Source: Schmidtea polychroa (taxonomy: Eukaryota). From it: a stretch of 64,000 nucleotides of DNA. The number at the start of each line of letters is the position of its first letter. The stretch's first letter is position 1. Shown piece after piece: positions 13,801 through 23,100 of this stretch. The notes below the pieces were generated by a model. That model was not told the DNA's origin. It searched no databases and saw only the letters and a list, made by a program, of their open reading frames with translations. The position numbers and the translations under genes were made by a program. Location: contig CM097888.1 in assembly GCA_044892525.1 (NCBI GenBank), positions 69,874,001-69,938,000 of the forward strand, written 5' to 3'.

Positions 13801-14959
13801 CACAGATAGCCTCACTAAGGTTTGAACAATTCTTGACGCACAACTTACATTGATGATGGAGAAAATTTTCTTAGCAAAAACGACATTCAAAAACGATAGT
13901 GTGACACCCTCAATCACTGCGCGAATACATCAAAATTCTCCGATTCCCTTATTACATATCTTTGTTTTCAATCACTACATGACTATCAATTTTCTGCCAC
14001 CATTTACCTATAGATTTTAGTCGCACCTTCAGCAATTGGACCCGTGAAGAAGCCTTCACATTTCGGCCCAATCTAGCTGCGTGATTGAAATACCCTATGT
14101 CCACCGGTGGAGCTCCCGAAGGCACCTCACACCATGACATAGAGTATCTCAACGCCACGTTTCTCGCAAAATTGAATAGTCTCCAATAATAATTCATAAA
14201 AATTGATTCGTAAAAGATCAATAATTCTTAACGAGCAAATCATTTATTATTAAGCAAATTATTAATTTAAATAAAGCATTCTAAAATCAAACGAAAAGAA
14301 AAACCATTTTTCAAATTAAAAATATAATTAAACTATACGCATTACTTAAAAATTCAAAATAAGCAATCAAAAATCCTTATCGAATGATTGATACTAGTAT
14401 GGGCTGAGTCGAAAAGGGTACTATGTCAAATCAGTTAATGCTTGAATATCGTCTAGTTCTGTAAAAATCTCTTGAATCTTGGAATTGTCCTCGTGAGTTA
14501 TCGTGCGTTAGTTGCTGGAGTTCTGTTCTGTCGTAGAATAGATTTACCTATTGAGGTGGTTTGATTAACAGTAGTTGTTATGTTTTTAATGCCTGCTTAT
14601 ATATTAATTTTTTGTTTGCGCGGACCAATTAGAATTGAGTACCGCTTAATTTTATTAATTTAATTTATTTTCCTTGTTTTTGAGTTATTTCTTCTTATTT
14701 TCTTTATTAAAATTATGTTTTTATTTATTTTCCTTAATTTTCTTATTATTTACTATATTTTACGTTGTTTTCCGCCATTCTATTGTCCTATTTTAATTTT
14801 TTCTCATCTTTATATTTTTTGTTTTAATTCCTATTTTCTAATTATTGTTTTTCTTATGTTTTATTCTATTTTATTTGTCAATTTATTTGTTTTTATTTTT
14901 TATTTTATTTTAGTTAAGTTTGCCCTAATTTCCCAACTACCCTTCGACTCAGCCCAACA
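10850..14959 (-). repeat. Shared LTR (3' LTR of the complete copy and 5' LTR of the left copy), 4,110 bp
   Basis: Direct repeat of 37134-41243 with no differences seen on spot checks. Same TGTTG...CAACA termini. Confidence 0.9.
11417..12166 (-). CDS. LTR-encoded ORF (middle LTR copy)
   Basis: Identical to 37701-38450. Confidence 0.6.
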   Translation of the reverse strand: MLPNSKTVLRPCFSCSDKNSIIKELQAQIGKHKRKIDELEGTWFSPTQMKEAQKKLHRSEHCRDALISESRAQRSLIKEQSEALHKLYVQAAITRKIAKIPSNEAGNLFPAHHDISGGSSSPVGKPCHGCVETELSPKEPEIIFTGTSNVLPAIASTSAAPPTNPTASKPKRRQLSRAERKKKQRERVTAKQNPRSSDHPIKVINPPAAIDLASVISGRIISAAGVTWEENASEFFDLEDLLADSEWEK

Positions 14960-15192
14960 AATCACTCGGGGACCCATCAAAATTGCGTCCCGCAATTGCA
15001 TAGTTATCTTACTTCATGCATTCATAAAAAGGATATATCGAAACAATTATACTACAATAACAAAAACAATTTTATTCTAAGATATAGGTCAAAACAAGAC
15101 CAAGCAAGTATCACTTAAGGTGATAGTTTGTATATACAATAAAAGTTTCTACATATGATAACACCAATGTTTGAGTTAGAGTCTATGAACTG

Positions 15193-15852
15193 CTAACCAT
15201 TTGATGCTTCTGCTGACGGTTGTTGGTTGGTTTGGGTATTGGTGTTGAGATAGGTCTGATTGTTAGAATTCGGCTGGATTGGTTGGTTACTCGGGATTCG
15301 AGGTCGGAATGGGGTTGGGTTAAGATTTGTCAGTGGCACTTCTTGAGGATTTCTGTTCGAGATTACTCTTATTGATGTCGAGATTCTGCATCTATTTCTA
15401 ACTTCGTAGATCTTCATGAGTATTGGTAGACATAGGAGGAGGGTTTCTGCGATCACCACATATATGAGATAATGGGTGTCATTGATTTCGGGAGGTGTTT
15501 TTGGTTTTTCTACAAGATTTTCAAAATTCTCTTGTTGCATTTGTTGTTCCAACTGGTCGAATTGTTGAATTTGTTCGAGGATTTGTTTGTTTATCATTTT
15601 ACAAATGGGATTCTTTTTACACATTGTTTGGATGTTGTTGATGTGTGATCGGGTTGATTGAATGGTTTGGATGATATGGATTTTTACTGTCATAGGGTAT
15701 GTGCATTGGCCGGATTCTTGTTTAGGTTCTTGATTTTGATTTCGGTAATCTCGTACGATTTTCGGTTGGGCGTTTACTTGTTTGTTCTCCATCAGAATCA
15801 TCAATACCGTTATTGTTATCATCATCTCGCCTCGCATGATACTATTATACAT
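15193..15852 (-). CDS. Accessory ORF, predicted type I membrane protein
   Basis: Signal-like MMITITVLMILMENKQVNA, helical ectodomain with Cys residues, TM YLIYVVIAETLLLCLPILM, and a P/Q/N-rich tail. Confidence 0.72.
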   Translation of the reverse strand: MYNSIMRGEMMITITVLMILMENKQVNAQPKIVRDYRNQNQEPKQESGQCTYPMTVKIHIIQTIQSTRSHINNIQTMCKKNPICKMINKQILEQIQQFDQLEQQMQQENFENLVEKPKTPPEINDTHYLIYVVIAETLLLCLPILMKIYEVRNRCRISTSIRVISNRNPQEVPLTNLNPTPFRPRIPSNQPIQPNSNNQTYLNTNTQTNQQPSAEASNG

Positions 15853-15893
15853 TCATTATGGTTTATTTACAATTGGTTTTAGTGACCCCTAAT

Positions 15894-16658
15894 TTAATGA
15901 TTCTGGTTTGGGTTATTTTCGGCGATTCTCATCAGGGTGGATTCCGCTTTAATAACTCTGTGTCTTAACTCGGGCAGCATTTCCAACTGTCTGTTCTTTT
16001 CACGGGCCTCCCTTTTCATGTGCCTTATCTCCTTTTTCAGCCTTCTAATTTCTTCCCGTTTTTTGTCGAGGTTCCTTTTTAGTTCGATTTGTAGGAAATC
16101 TTGTTCGTTTTCCTGCGAAAGGTTTCGTTGTTGTTGTTGTTGTTGTTGTTTTCTCTCGATCTCTTGGTATTTGCGAATCCATTTCTTCATTTCCTCACTT
16201 TCTCGTTGTTTTTCCTCCAATTGTCGATTTAATTTATTTATAGTTATTTGGTGTTCTTTCGCCTTGGTTTTCCAATAATCCTGGATTACTTCTTCTGCCT
16301 TGAAGCTTGCCCTCTCTTGCCATAGTTCCTCTGCAATCTTTTCCCAGTTTCTTCCTCGTGTTCGTTGTTCTTGCAACCATTCATTCTTCTCTTCCGCTTC
16401 CCTCTTTATTTCTCCTAACACTTCGCACTCCTTCTTTAGTATTTTAATCATTTTTCGGTCTTCTATATATTTGTTTATTAGTCGCTCGTTTTCGTCCTTC
16501 TCTTCCCGTAACTTGGCCTTTAACGTTTGTGTTTCTGTTGTTTCTGCCTCAATCTCTCCCTCTTCTACGTCGCTCGTAATTTCTATTATTTCCTCGATTT
16601 TCATATCTGTAATATGTACAGTTAATGGTGCGCTATAGTGCGACTTATACATATACAT
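15894..16658 (-). CDS. Accessory ORF, coiled-coil protein with polyQ (likely start at ATG 16604)
   Basis: 254-codon ORF rich in E/K/R with a QQQQQQQ tract. MKIEEII is preceded by TACAG|AT. Confidence 0.72.
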   Translation of the reverse strand: MYMYKSHYSAPLTVHITDMKIEEIIEITSDVEEGEIEAETTETQTLKAKLREEKDENERLINKYIEDRKMIKILKKECEVLGEIKREAEEKNEWLQEQRTRGRNWEKIAEELWQERASFKAEEVIQDYWKTKAKEHQITINKLNRQLEEKQRESEEMKKWIRKYQEIERKQQQQQQQRNLSQENEQDFLQIELKRNLDKKREEIRRLKKEIRHMKREAREKNRQLEMLPELRHRVIKAESTLMRIAENNPNQNH

Positions 16659-16717
16659 TTATATAAAATTTTAATAGTTCGGGTTACAGTCCCTTGAATA
16701 CTTTTACAATACTTTAA

Positions 16718-16740
16718 TTTTTTTTTTTTTTTTTTTTTTT
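16718..16740 (-). other. Internal poly(A) tract (A23) downstream of an AATAAA
   Basis: T23 on the + strand. AATAAA (minus strand) at 16777-16782, just after the stop of the 351-aa ORF. Confidence 0.75.
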
Positions 16741-16787
16741 GTTTGGGATATACGTCCCGATTTTTGTCTTTATCTTTTTATTCACCC

Positions 16788-17843
16788 TTATACGAAGGTT
16801 TCCTCCTGTCCCACATAACCTTCGTCACTATCGACCGCTGGATGCAACTGTATCGCAATAGGGTCATAGGGTAGGTAATATTGGGGGATTTGAGCTCTCA
16901 ATTCATTAACTTCATCTCTTAGAGCTCGAGTGATATTCAGCTCTTCGTCGAGCAGATAAGTGAGATACCTTGTCTCTTCGTCTTTCGCCTCTACTTGTCT
17001 ATCTAAGGCCTTGATTTTCTCGTCGCCCTTCCATTTTTCAATTTCTATTTCCAAGTTTTTGATATTTTCGGTATACATTTTCCTCTCGTTTTCTAATTTT
17101 CTGTTTTTTCCCGCTAGGACCATGTTTCTTTGTTCTAACGATCCTTGTAGTCCATTAAGGTCTCTTTTCATCTCTTCGACCTGATTTACTAATTCCACAA
17201 CCCGTCCTGCTTGCTGGGTTATCATCTCTTCCATTGCAGCATTCTCGTGCTCTCTTATGTCGCATTTTATTGCCAAATGTCGTTCAAACTCCATAGCCTT
17301 CATCTGCCATGTTTGGCTTCGGGCGGCGACCTTTTTCAACCGTTTCAGTTCTTCCTTTATTATTAAATTTTCCTCCCATTTACCCTGTTCGCTCTCATAT
17401 CCGAGTCTCATGGGCAATTCTTTCATCTCTTTTTTCATTTCATTGCTTTGTCTTTTCCATTTTCTCGCTTCTGCCACTAAGTGCATCATTTTCCTTCCTT
17501 CTATTTGCTTTTCCGCTTCGCGCTTGGTGTTCTCATCGGTAAGTCTCTTTCTCGCTTCCTGCACTAGCTGCTTTAAGTAGTGGCTGTGCGCTTCTTGGCG
17601 GGTATTTTCTAGTGACGCCCATTTTGATGCTCTTTTGCATGCTTCTGCTTCCGCTCTTAAGTTGTGTATTAACCATTGGTATTGACTATTCTCATCCTCT
17701 CTAGCTTCTTCGATGTGATTTCGGGTGAGATTAGTTAGTTGGAACATTACTTTGTTCCATTTTTTGTTATGTTCTCGGGGAATTTGTGTCTTGTTGACAT
17801 TGGTTGGGACTATCGCAGTTTCGGTTAGTTTCTCTTGTGTCAT
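16788..17843 (-). CDS. Accessory ORF, 351-aa coiled-coil protein (unknown)
   Basis: Long uninterrupted ORF rich in E/K/R/L with heptad character and element-like A-rich codon bias. Confidence 0.75.
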   Translation of the reverse strand: MTQEKLTETAIVPTNVNKTQIPREHNKKWNKVMFQLTNLTRNHIEEAREDENSQYQWLIHNLRAEAEACKRASKWASLENTRQEAHSHYLKQLVQEARKRLTDENTKREAEKQIEGRKMMHLVAEARKWKRQSNEMKKEMKELPMRLGYESEQGKWEENLIIKEELKRLKKVAARSQTWQMKAMEFERHLAIKCDIREHENAAMEEMITQQAGRVVELVNQVEEMKRDLNGLQGSLEQRNMVLAGKNRKLENERKMYTENIKNLEIEIEKWKGDEKIKALDRQVEAKDEETRYLTYLLDEELNITRALRDEVNELRAQIPQYYLPYDPIAIQLHPAVDSDEGYVGQEETFV

Positions 17844-18037
17844 CTCTAAATCATAGACATCGATTAAGCTTTTTATTATGAAAAAGGAATTTATTCATTA
17901 TTTGCTGTTTCTTTGGAAATTTTCGCATCATTTTTGGGTTTACGTATTTAGGGTTTTTCATACTATTATTATATAATATTTTATTGGTTATATACACCGA
18001 TATATACAGATTATTATATACAACATTATTCGATCGT

Positions 18038-19426
18038 TTACTCCGTTCTGCCCTTCTCCTCTTTCCTTACGGTCATCTTGATATACACCGTGCCATTTCT
18101 TGCCATATCTTCTACTTTTTGTTGTAGGATGAACGTAGGTGCTCCTGTTGCTGATCCTTCTTCTTCCGTAGGTCTCTGGTAACACATTTGGTTTCCAGTT
18201 GTCTTGAAGCTTTGTTCGTGGATGTTTCGGTCATTCATTAGTGCAATATCGATTTTCGCCTGGAACGGCCACTCTATTATTTCGTCGTATTCTCCTTTAC
18301 ATAACAGAAAGAAAATCGAAAAGTGTGTGTCTAATCCGGTTCCGTCCCCGTTGGGATATATCTTCATTTTCATTTTGTACCCATTTTTCCAAGAATGGAA
18401 TGCAGGACTTGTTATTCTTGTCTCTTCTCCGGTTTTTGCTTTTCGTATTCTTTCCTTTACTCCCGTAATCTTCCATATGTAGGGTGCTGTTGGGGTTATC
18501 TCATTTAGATTTATTTCCCGTATTTTCTGATGTAGCTCCTTGGCCTGATTATTACTGATTTCTATTCGGTTTATTTGCATCTTTATGTTTGCTCGGGCTT
18601 CTTCGAACGCTTCCCTTTCTTCTAGTAGTTCTTTGACTAACACTTTCAACGATGCTATCTCTATCTCCATTTGTTTTACTTTCTCCTCGCTTTCTTGTAA
18701 CGCAGTCGACCACATTTCTGCGTGGGTTGAAGCATTTTCTACTAAATGATGTGGTAACTCCCCTCGGTGTAGTAGTTTCTGACAACCCCATTTGCCTAGT
18801 ACGCATGTCATTCTTTTCTTTTCACATTCCCTTAGATGCTGTGCCACCTTCATTATTTCCCCTTGGTTACATCCGTTTGGGCATTCCCCACTGAACTCTG
18901 CACATACTCTCTCCTCTTGGACATTGTGATGTTTGAGGGTGAGATTTTTCCACGTATCTATTTCTCCACAGTGTTCACATCTTTCTAATCTCTCCTCACA
19001 CTGCCTTTGATGCTCTTTTTCTTCGCTTGCTCGAATGGTTTTATGGCACCTTTCACACTGGCCAATTCTGTACATACATTCTCCCATATGTTGTACTACC
19101 TTCCATATTACTCCTTTCCATTCGCATGGGGCATTTTTGCATCCCAGGTTGGTGTTTAACATGTCTTTCACTGCGGCTTTATCCTCGTTAGTGTCTTCTA
19201 AACTCGATATTAGTGTCTCTTTACACACCGGGCACCTCTGTGGTCTATTCTTTATTGCTTCACTGATACATTCTTTACATACTCTGCATCCACATTGGGT
19301 TTGGTGGGGTTCTTTTAGTAACTTTTCACAGATTCCGCACATAACATGTTTGTGTATTCTGATCGTTGTAGATTTTCGGACTTGCTCGACAATCTCTCTG
19401 AACTCTTCTCTTTGTCGTTTATCCAT
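18038..19426 (-). CDS. traf: TRAF-family protein (RING, TRAF zinc fingers, coiled coil, MATH/TRAF-C), intronless, element-borne
   Basis: RING CGICEKLLKEPHQTQCGCRVCKECI...CPVC. ZnFs CKNAPCEWKG..HMGEC. MATH YIWKI..SPAFHSWKNGYKMKMKIYPNGDGTGLDTHFSIFFLLCKGEYDEIIEWPF, which resembles TRAF2/3/5. Confidence 0.93.
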   Translation of the reverse strand: MDKRQREEFREIVEQVRKSTTIRIHKHVMCGICEKLLKEPHQTQCGCRVCKECISEAIKNRPQRCPVCKETLISSLEDTNEDKAAVKDMLNTNLGCKNAPCEWKGVIWKVVQHMGECMYRIGQCERCHKTIRASEEKEHQRQCEERLERCEHCGEIDTWKNLTLKHHNVQEERVCAEFSGECPNGCNQGEIMKVAQHLRECEKKRMTCVLGKWGCQKLLHRGELPHHLVENASTHAEMWSTALQESEEKVKQMEIEIASLKVLVKELLEEREAFEEARANIKMQINRIEISNNQAKELHQKIREINLNEITPTAPYIWKITGVKERIRKAKTGEETRITSPAFHSWKNGYKMKMKIYPNGDGTGLDTHFSIFFLLCKGEYDEIIEWPFQAKIDIALMNDRNIHEQSFKTTGNQMCYQRPTEEEGSATGAPTFILQQKVEDMARNGTVYIKMTVRKEEKGRTE

Positions 19427-19511
19427 TCTATAATTATATGTACATATAGTTCTTATCGATACAGGTTCGATATTTTATTTACAGTTATTTACATTTTAAG
19501 CTAGGTTTGGT

Positions 19512-19871
19512 TTAGGGTTCGGAAGAGTCGGCTTCGTGTCCGCTCTCCTCTCTATTCATTAACCATTCCGACCAGTCTTCTATTTCTGTCTGTTCTGCTT
19601 CCTCCATCATTCTGTTTAGTTCAATTTCCTGTCTACGGCTATATTGGGTTATCCTCTCTATCTCTCTTTGCATTTGTTCGATTTTCAACCTCTGGTCTTC
19701 AATTATCTTCAAATAACTAAATCCTCTATTCATACTCTCGATTAGGTTTCTGTGCATCGTCAATCCTTGTTCTTGCAAATTGGACACTAATTGTGCTAAT
19801 ACGGCACATTGTTGCTTCCATAATTCTTCAGTTACTGTATTGTGGTTCATTTCGTTATTTCCTTGATCCAT
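19512..19871 (-). CDS. Accessory ORF, small coiled-coil protein with acidic C-terminus (function unknown)
   Basis: Open frame; the first ATG is at 19871 (MDQGNNE...), while the track start at 19895 is TTG. Heptad-like helical composition. Confidence 0.65.
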   Translation of the reverse strand: MDQGNNEMNHNTVTEELWKQQCAVLAQLVSNLQEQGLTMHRNLIESMNRGFSYLKIIEDQRLKIEQMQREIERITQYSRRQEIELNRMMEEAEQTEIEDWSEWLMNREESGHEADSSEP

Positions 19872-20164
19872 TCTTAATTTATATACACTTTTCAACTCTT
19901 ATTTAAAGTTAATTTTATTTTATGGTTCCCGTTATTGTATAATATTAATACCGCGCTTATATAAAGATATAGTACTGTTATATACATAAGATATACTTAC
20001 TTTTTACAATTATATACAGTCATATTCCTTTCTATATACGTGAGTTTGGAGGGCGCTGAGCGTTCCAGGCCTCCACCCACTGTTCCTGTTTGATAACACT
20101 TGGTCGTTTCACTCGATGTTGGAAATTTCTGATTCGGGTCATCTCTAATTCTCCGCGATGTCGT

Positions 20165-23100
20165 TTATCTTTGATTATTTTTATTGTCGCCCCCCGTTAT
20201 GATTAGGAAGGCCCCTGTTATTATTATCCCACTGATCCACATCATCTGCTTCACGCTTATATTCTCTGGTTTCTCCTTGTTCGTTAATGTTGATATCGCT
20301 TCTATACCTTTCTCGTTTCCTCTTTTGCCATTTCCTTTCATCATTTCCCGTATTCTTGCTATTTCCTCGTTCATACCCTCCTTTGCCATCTTTTGTATTT
20401 TTTCCATCTCTTCCTCCGAAACATAGTTGTCCTGAGCTTCCTCGCCGGTTTTCTTGTGCTTTCCTCCTTCGTTCTTTTCGTCGTGGTTTTTTCTTTTCTT
20501 TCCTCTTTTCCCTGGGTATCGTCGGCATTCTCTTTTTGATTCATTCCTCCAGATACAAACCGTGTATTCTTTCGGCGGCTGCTGCTGCGTCACATATTGA
20601 TGGCATCTCTCACCTGGTCCTAATCTTGAAATACAGACTTTGTGCTCTCTTCTAGGTTGGAGCTGCGTTATTACTATTTCACCACCTTTTCCTAGGTGTA
20701 CCTCTTTTCCTTTAACGTTCGTTATTCTCTTCCCGTCTCGATTTCGGTATGCTTCTTGTATTCTTACTTCTGTTATTGGTTCTGTGTCCTCATTTATCAG
20801 TACTAGTTTCTGATACGCTCTAGACATGCATCTTCCTAGTATGCACCTTTCCTTTAAGTCCCATTCTTCCTTTAAATCCCACTGCTGCTCTTGTGCTTGC
20901 TTTTTCTTTTCTTGTTTTAGTTCATCCTCTTTGCTATCTTGATTCTCCGCTTCTTTGGTTTCTTTTATCGTTCTCGTCCCTCCATGAGCTGTTACTAACT
21001 CTATCATGGTAAGCATAATTATCATTAATATCATATTTGTCTCTATTTCTTTGTTAGTGAAAGGTAGGCATACCCTCTGTTTTCCATTATTCGGTTTTTC
21101 CTCCTCTTTGGTCTTGGTTCCCGGGCTGTTTCCCTCTCTTTTCGTATCCAAATCCTTGTTTTCCGGTTTATCCTCTTCCGGTTCTCTTTTCCCTTTATCC
21201 TCTTTTCGGCCTTTTCCGTCATTGTCATCGTGTTTATCTCCCCCGCTGTCGTTTAAAATGTCGTCCTCGACATTTATATCGTTCAATAATCTGCGATATG
21301 CTGTTAGCACTCTGTTTCTTGCTAATTTTGCTTCGAATTCAAACTCTTTTCTACCCGTTGCAGCATGTCTCTTTCTATTCCATTCTTTAACTAACTCTCT
21401 CAATTGCATACGACGATGTTTCCCAATTCGTTGTTGCTCGTTCTGATTTTGCGTGAATTTTAGGTCTTCTCTATTTAATACTATTAAAATAATTTTAGGC
21501 GTCCCCCCTTTAGTTAGGGTATTCTTTACCATCGCATTTTCTCCGTTTTCGTAGAATTCGTTTACATTTATCGCATATTTATTATTTTGTGGTACCTTCC
21601 ATGTTAATAATAATTTCATTGCTTCTAGATTTTTCCGTACCGTATTCCATTGAAATTGAGATGTGTTTTTGCACATATTCTCAACTTCTTCTTTTGTCGC
21701 ATTTTTGCAAATAAATCTGATCATTTCTAAGTTTGGCTGTATGGTTGCCCAGTCCAATGTGGAGTTCCCTTCGTTTGATTTTTCGTCTAGTCTCGATCCT
21801 GATTGATGTAAGATGTGGAGTGTTTTTGGGTGTATTTTCGTTATAGCTGCATACATCATGGCGGTTTCACCTTGTTCATTTTTCGTGTTGGTTTCCTCAC
21901 CCATCTCCCCAAGGATTCTCATGATCGTTATTGCTCTATTCTCTTTTGCAGCTAGTATTGCTTGTTGTAGAGGTGTTCTGGAATCCTTTGTTACCATCGT
22001 AAATGCTCGAGGCAAGAAGGTTTTGATTTTCCCGATATCTAAACCCGTGGTTTGATCTCTTGCGTATGTGTGTACGGCTTTTATTATTTTGGACAATATT
22101 ATTTCGTCTGGCAGCTCTAGCATTTCCTCAAAGAACACTTCTTTTGCTTTGCGTATTATTGCCTCTTGATCTATACTCATTGATTTGGTTTCGATGACGT
22201 TGTTTGTGACCGTTTGGTTCGTTGTTGACTTTGATTCCCTTGATTTCTCATACCTTATTTTCGTTTTCTTTCCGTTTGGATTATTGATTCGTTCCTCTGC
22301 TGTAAGTATTTGGATAATATCCAGGTAATTCTCGCGGATGTTATTCATTGTGTCCATCATATATAACACACTTACCGTTTCCCAATATTTATTTCGTACT
22401 TGGTTAGTAAATTGGAATATTGATTTTTCGAATGTGTCGATTCGCTTTTTTGCTAACTGTTCATCTTTATGATTTGTGAATTTTATCCCTCGTTCTAGTA
22501 ATTGATTCGGAATTTCGAATAAATGATGTCCTTTCATAGCTTCTCTCATCAGCGTGTTCTCTCCTCTCGTGAACGCTTCGTTTACGTTGATCATATAATC
22601 GTTTTGAATTGGATTTCTCCATGTAATTAATATTCCGGTAATTGTTGTCAGTTTCTCTTTGATCGCTGTTAATAATCCATCATACATGTTTCCGACTTCT
22701 CGATTGTCCTCATATGATAGTAGTTCCATCAACGACGTGAACGCCTCGGTACTTTTCCCTTCGATAGCATGATGTAGAGCGTTTTTCCGCTCGTGGTCTT
22801 GTGTAGTTATTTTCGATCCAGTATCGAGTAATGCGGTTATAATGTCTTTTGTTTTGCCTCTGTTTGCGGCTATCATTAATGGTGTGTAACCTTGGTTGTT
22901 TGTTTGTTCTGTTGATCGCTTGCAGTCGTGAAATGCTTCTATTGTTTCTAGTATTTGCTCGTTGTTACCTACTTTCATGAGTTTGTGTAATGGTGTGTCT
23001 CCGTAATGATCTGTTATTGTAAATAATATTGGCCATTGGCTTTTGACTACTCGCAATAATGGGTGTGTCCTTTCTCTATTTGCATAGTTCTCGATCATCG

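Noticed and set aside
14400-14956. 557-bp inverted-repeat-bounded segment as the real LTR or a MITE
   Set aside because: No PBS or TSD is adjacent, and copy identity extends to CAACA at 14959. Kept only as an internal LTR feature.
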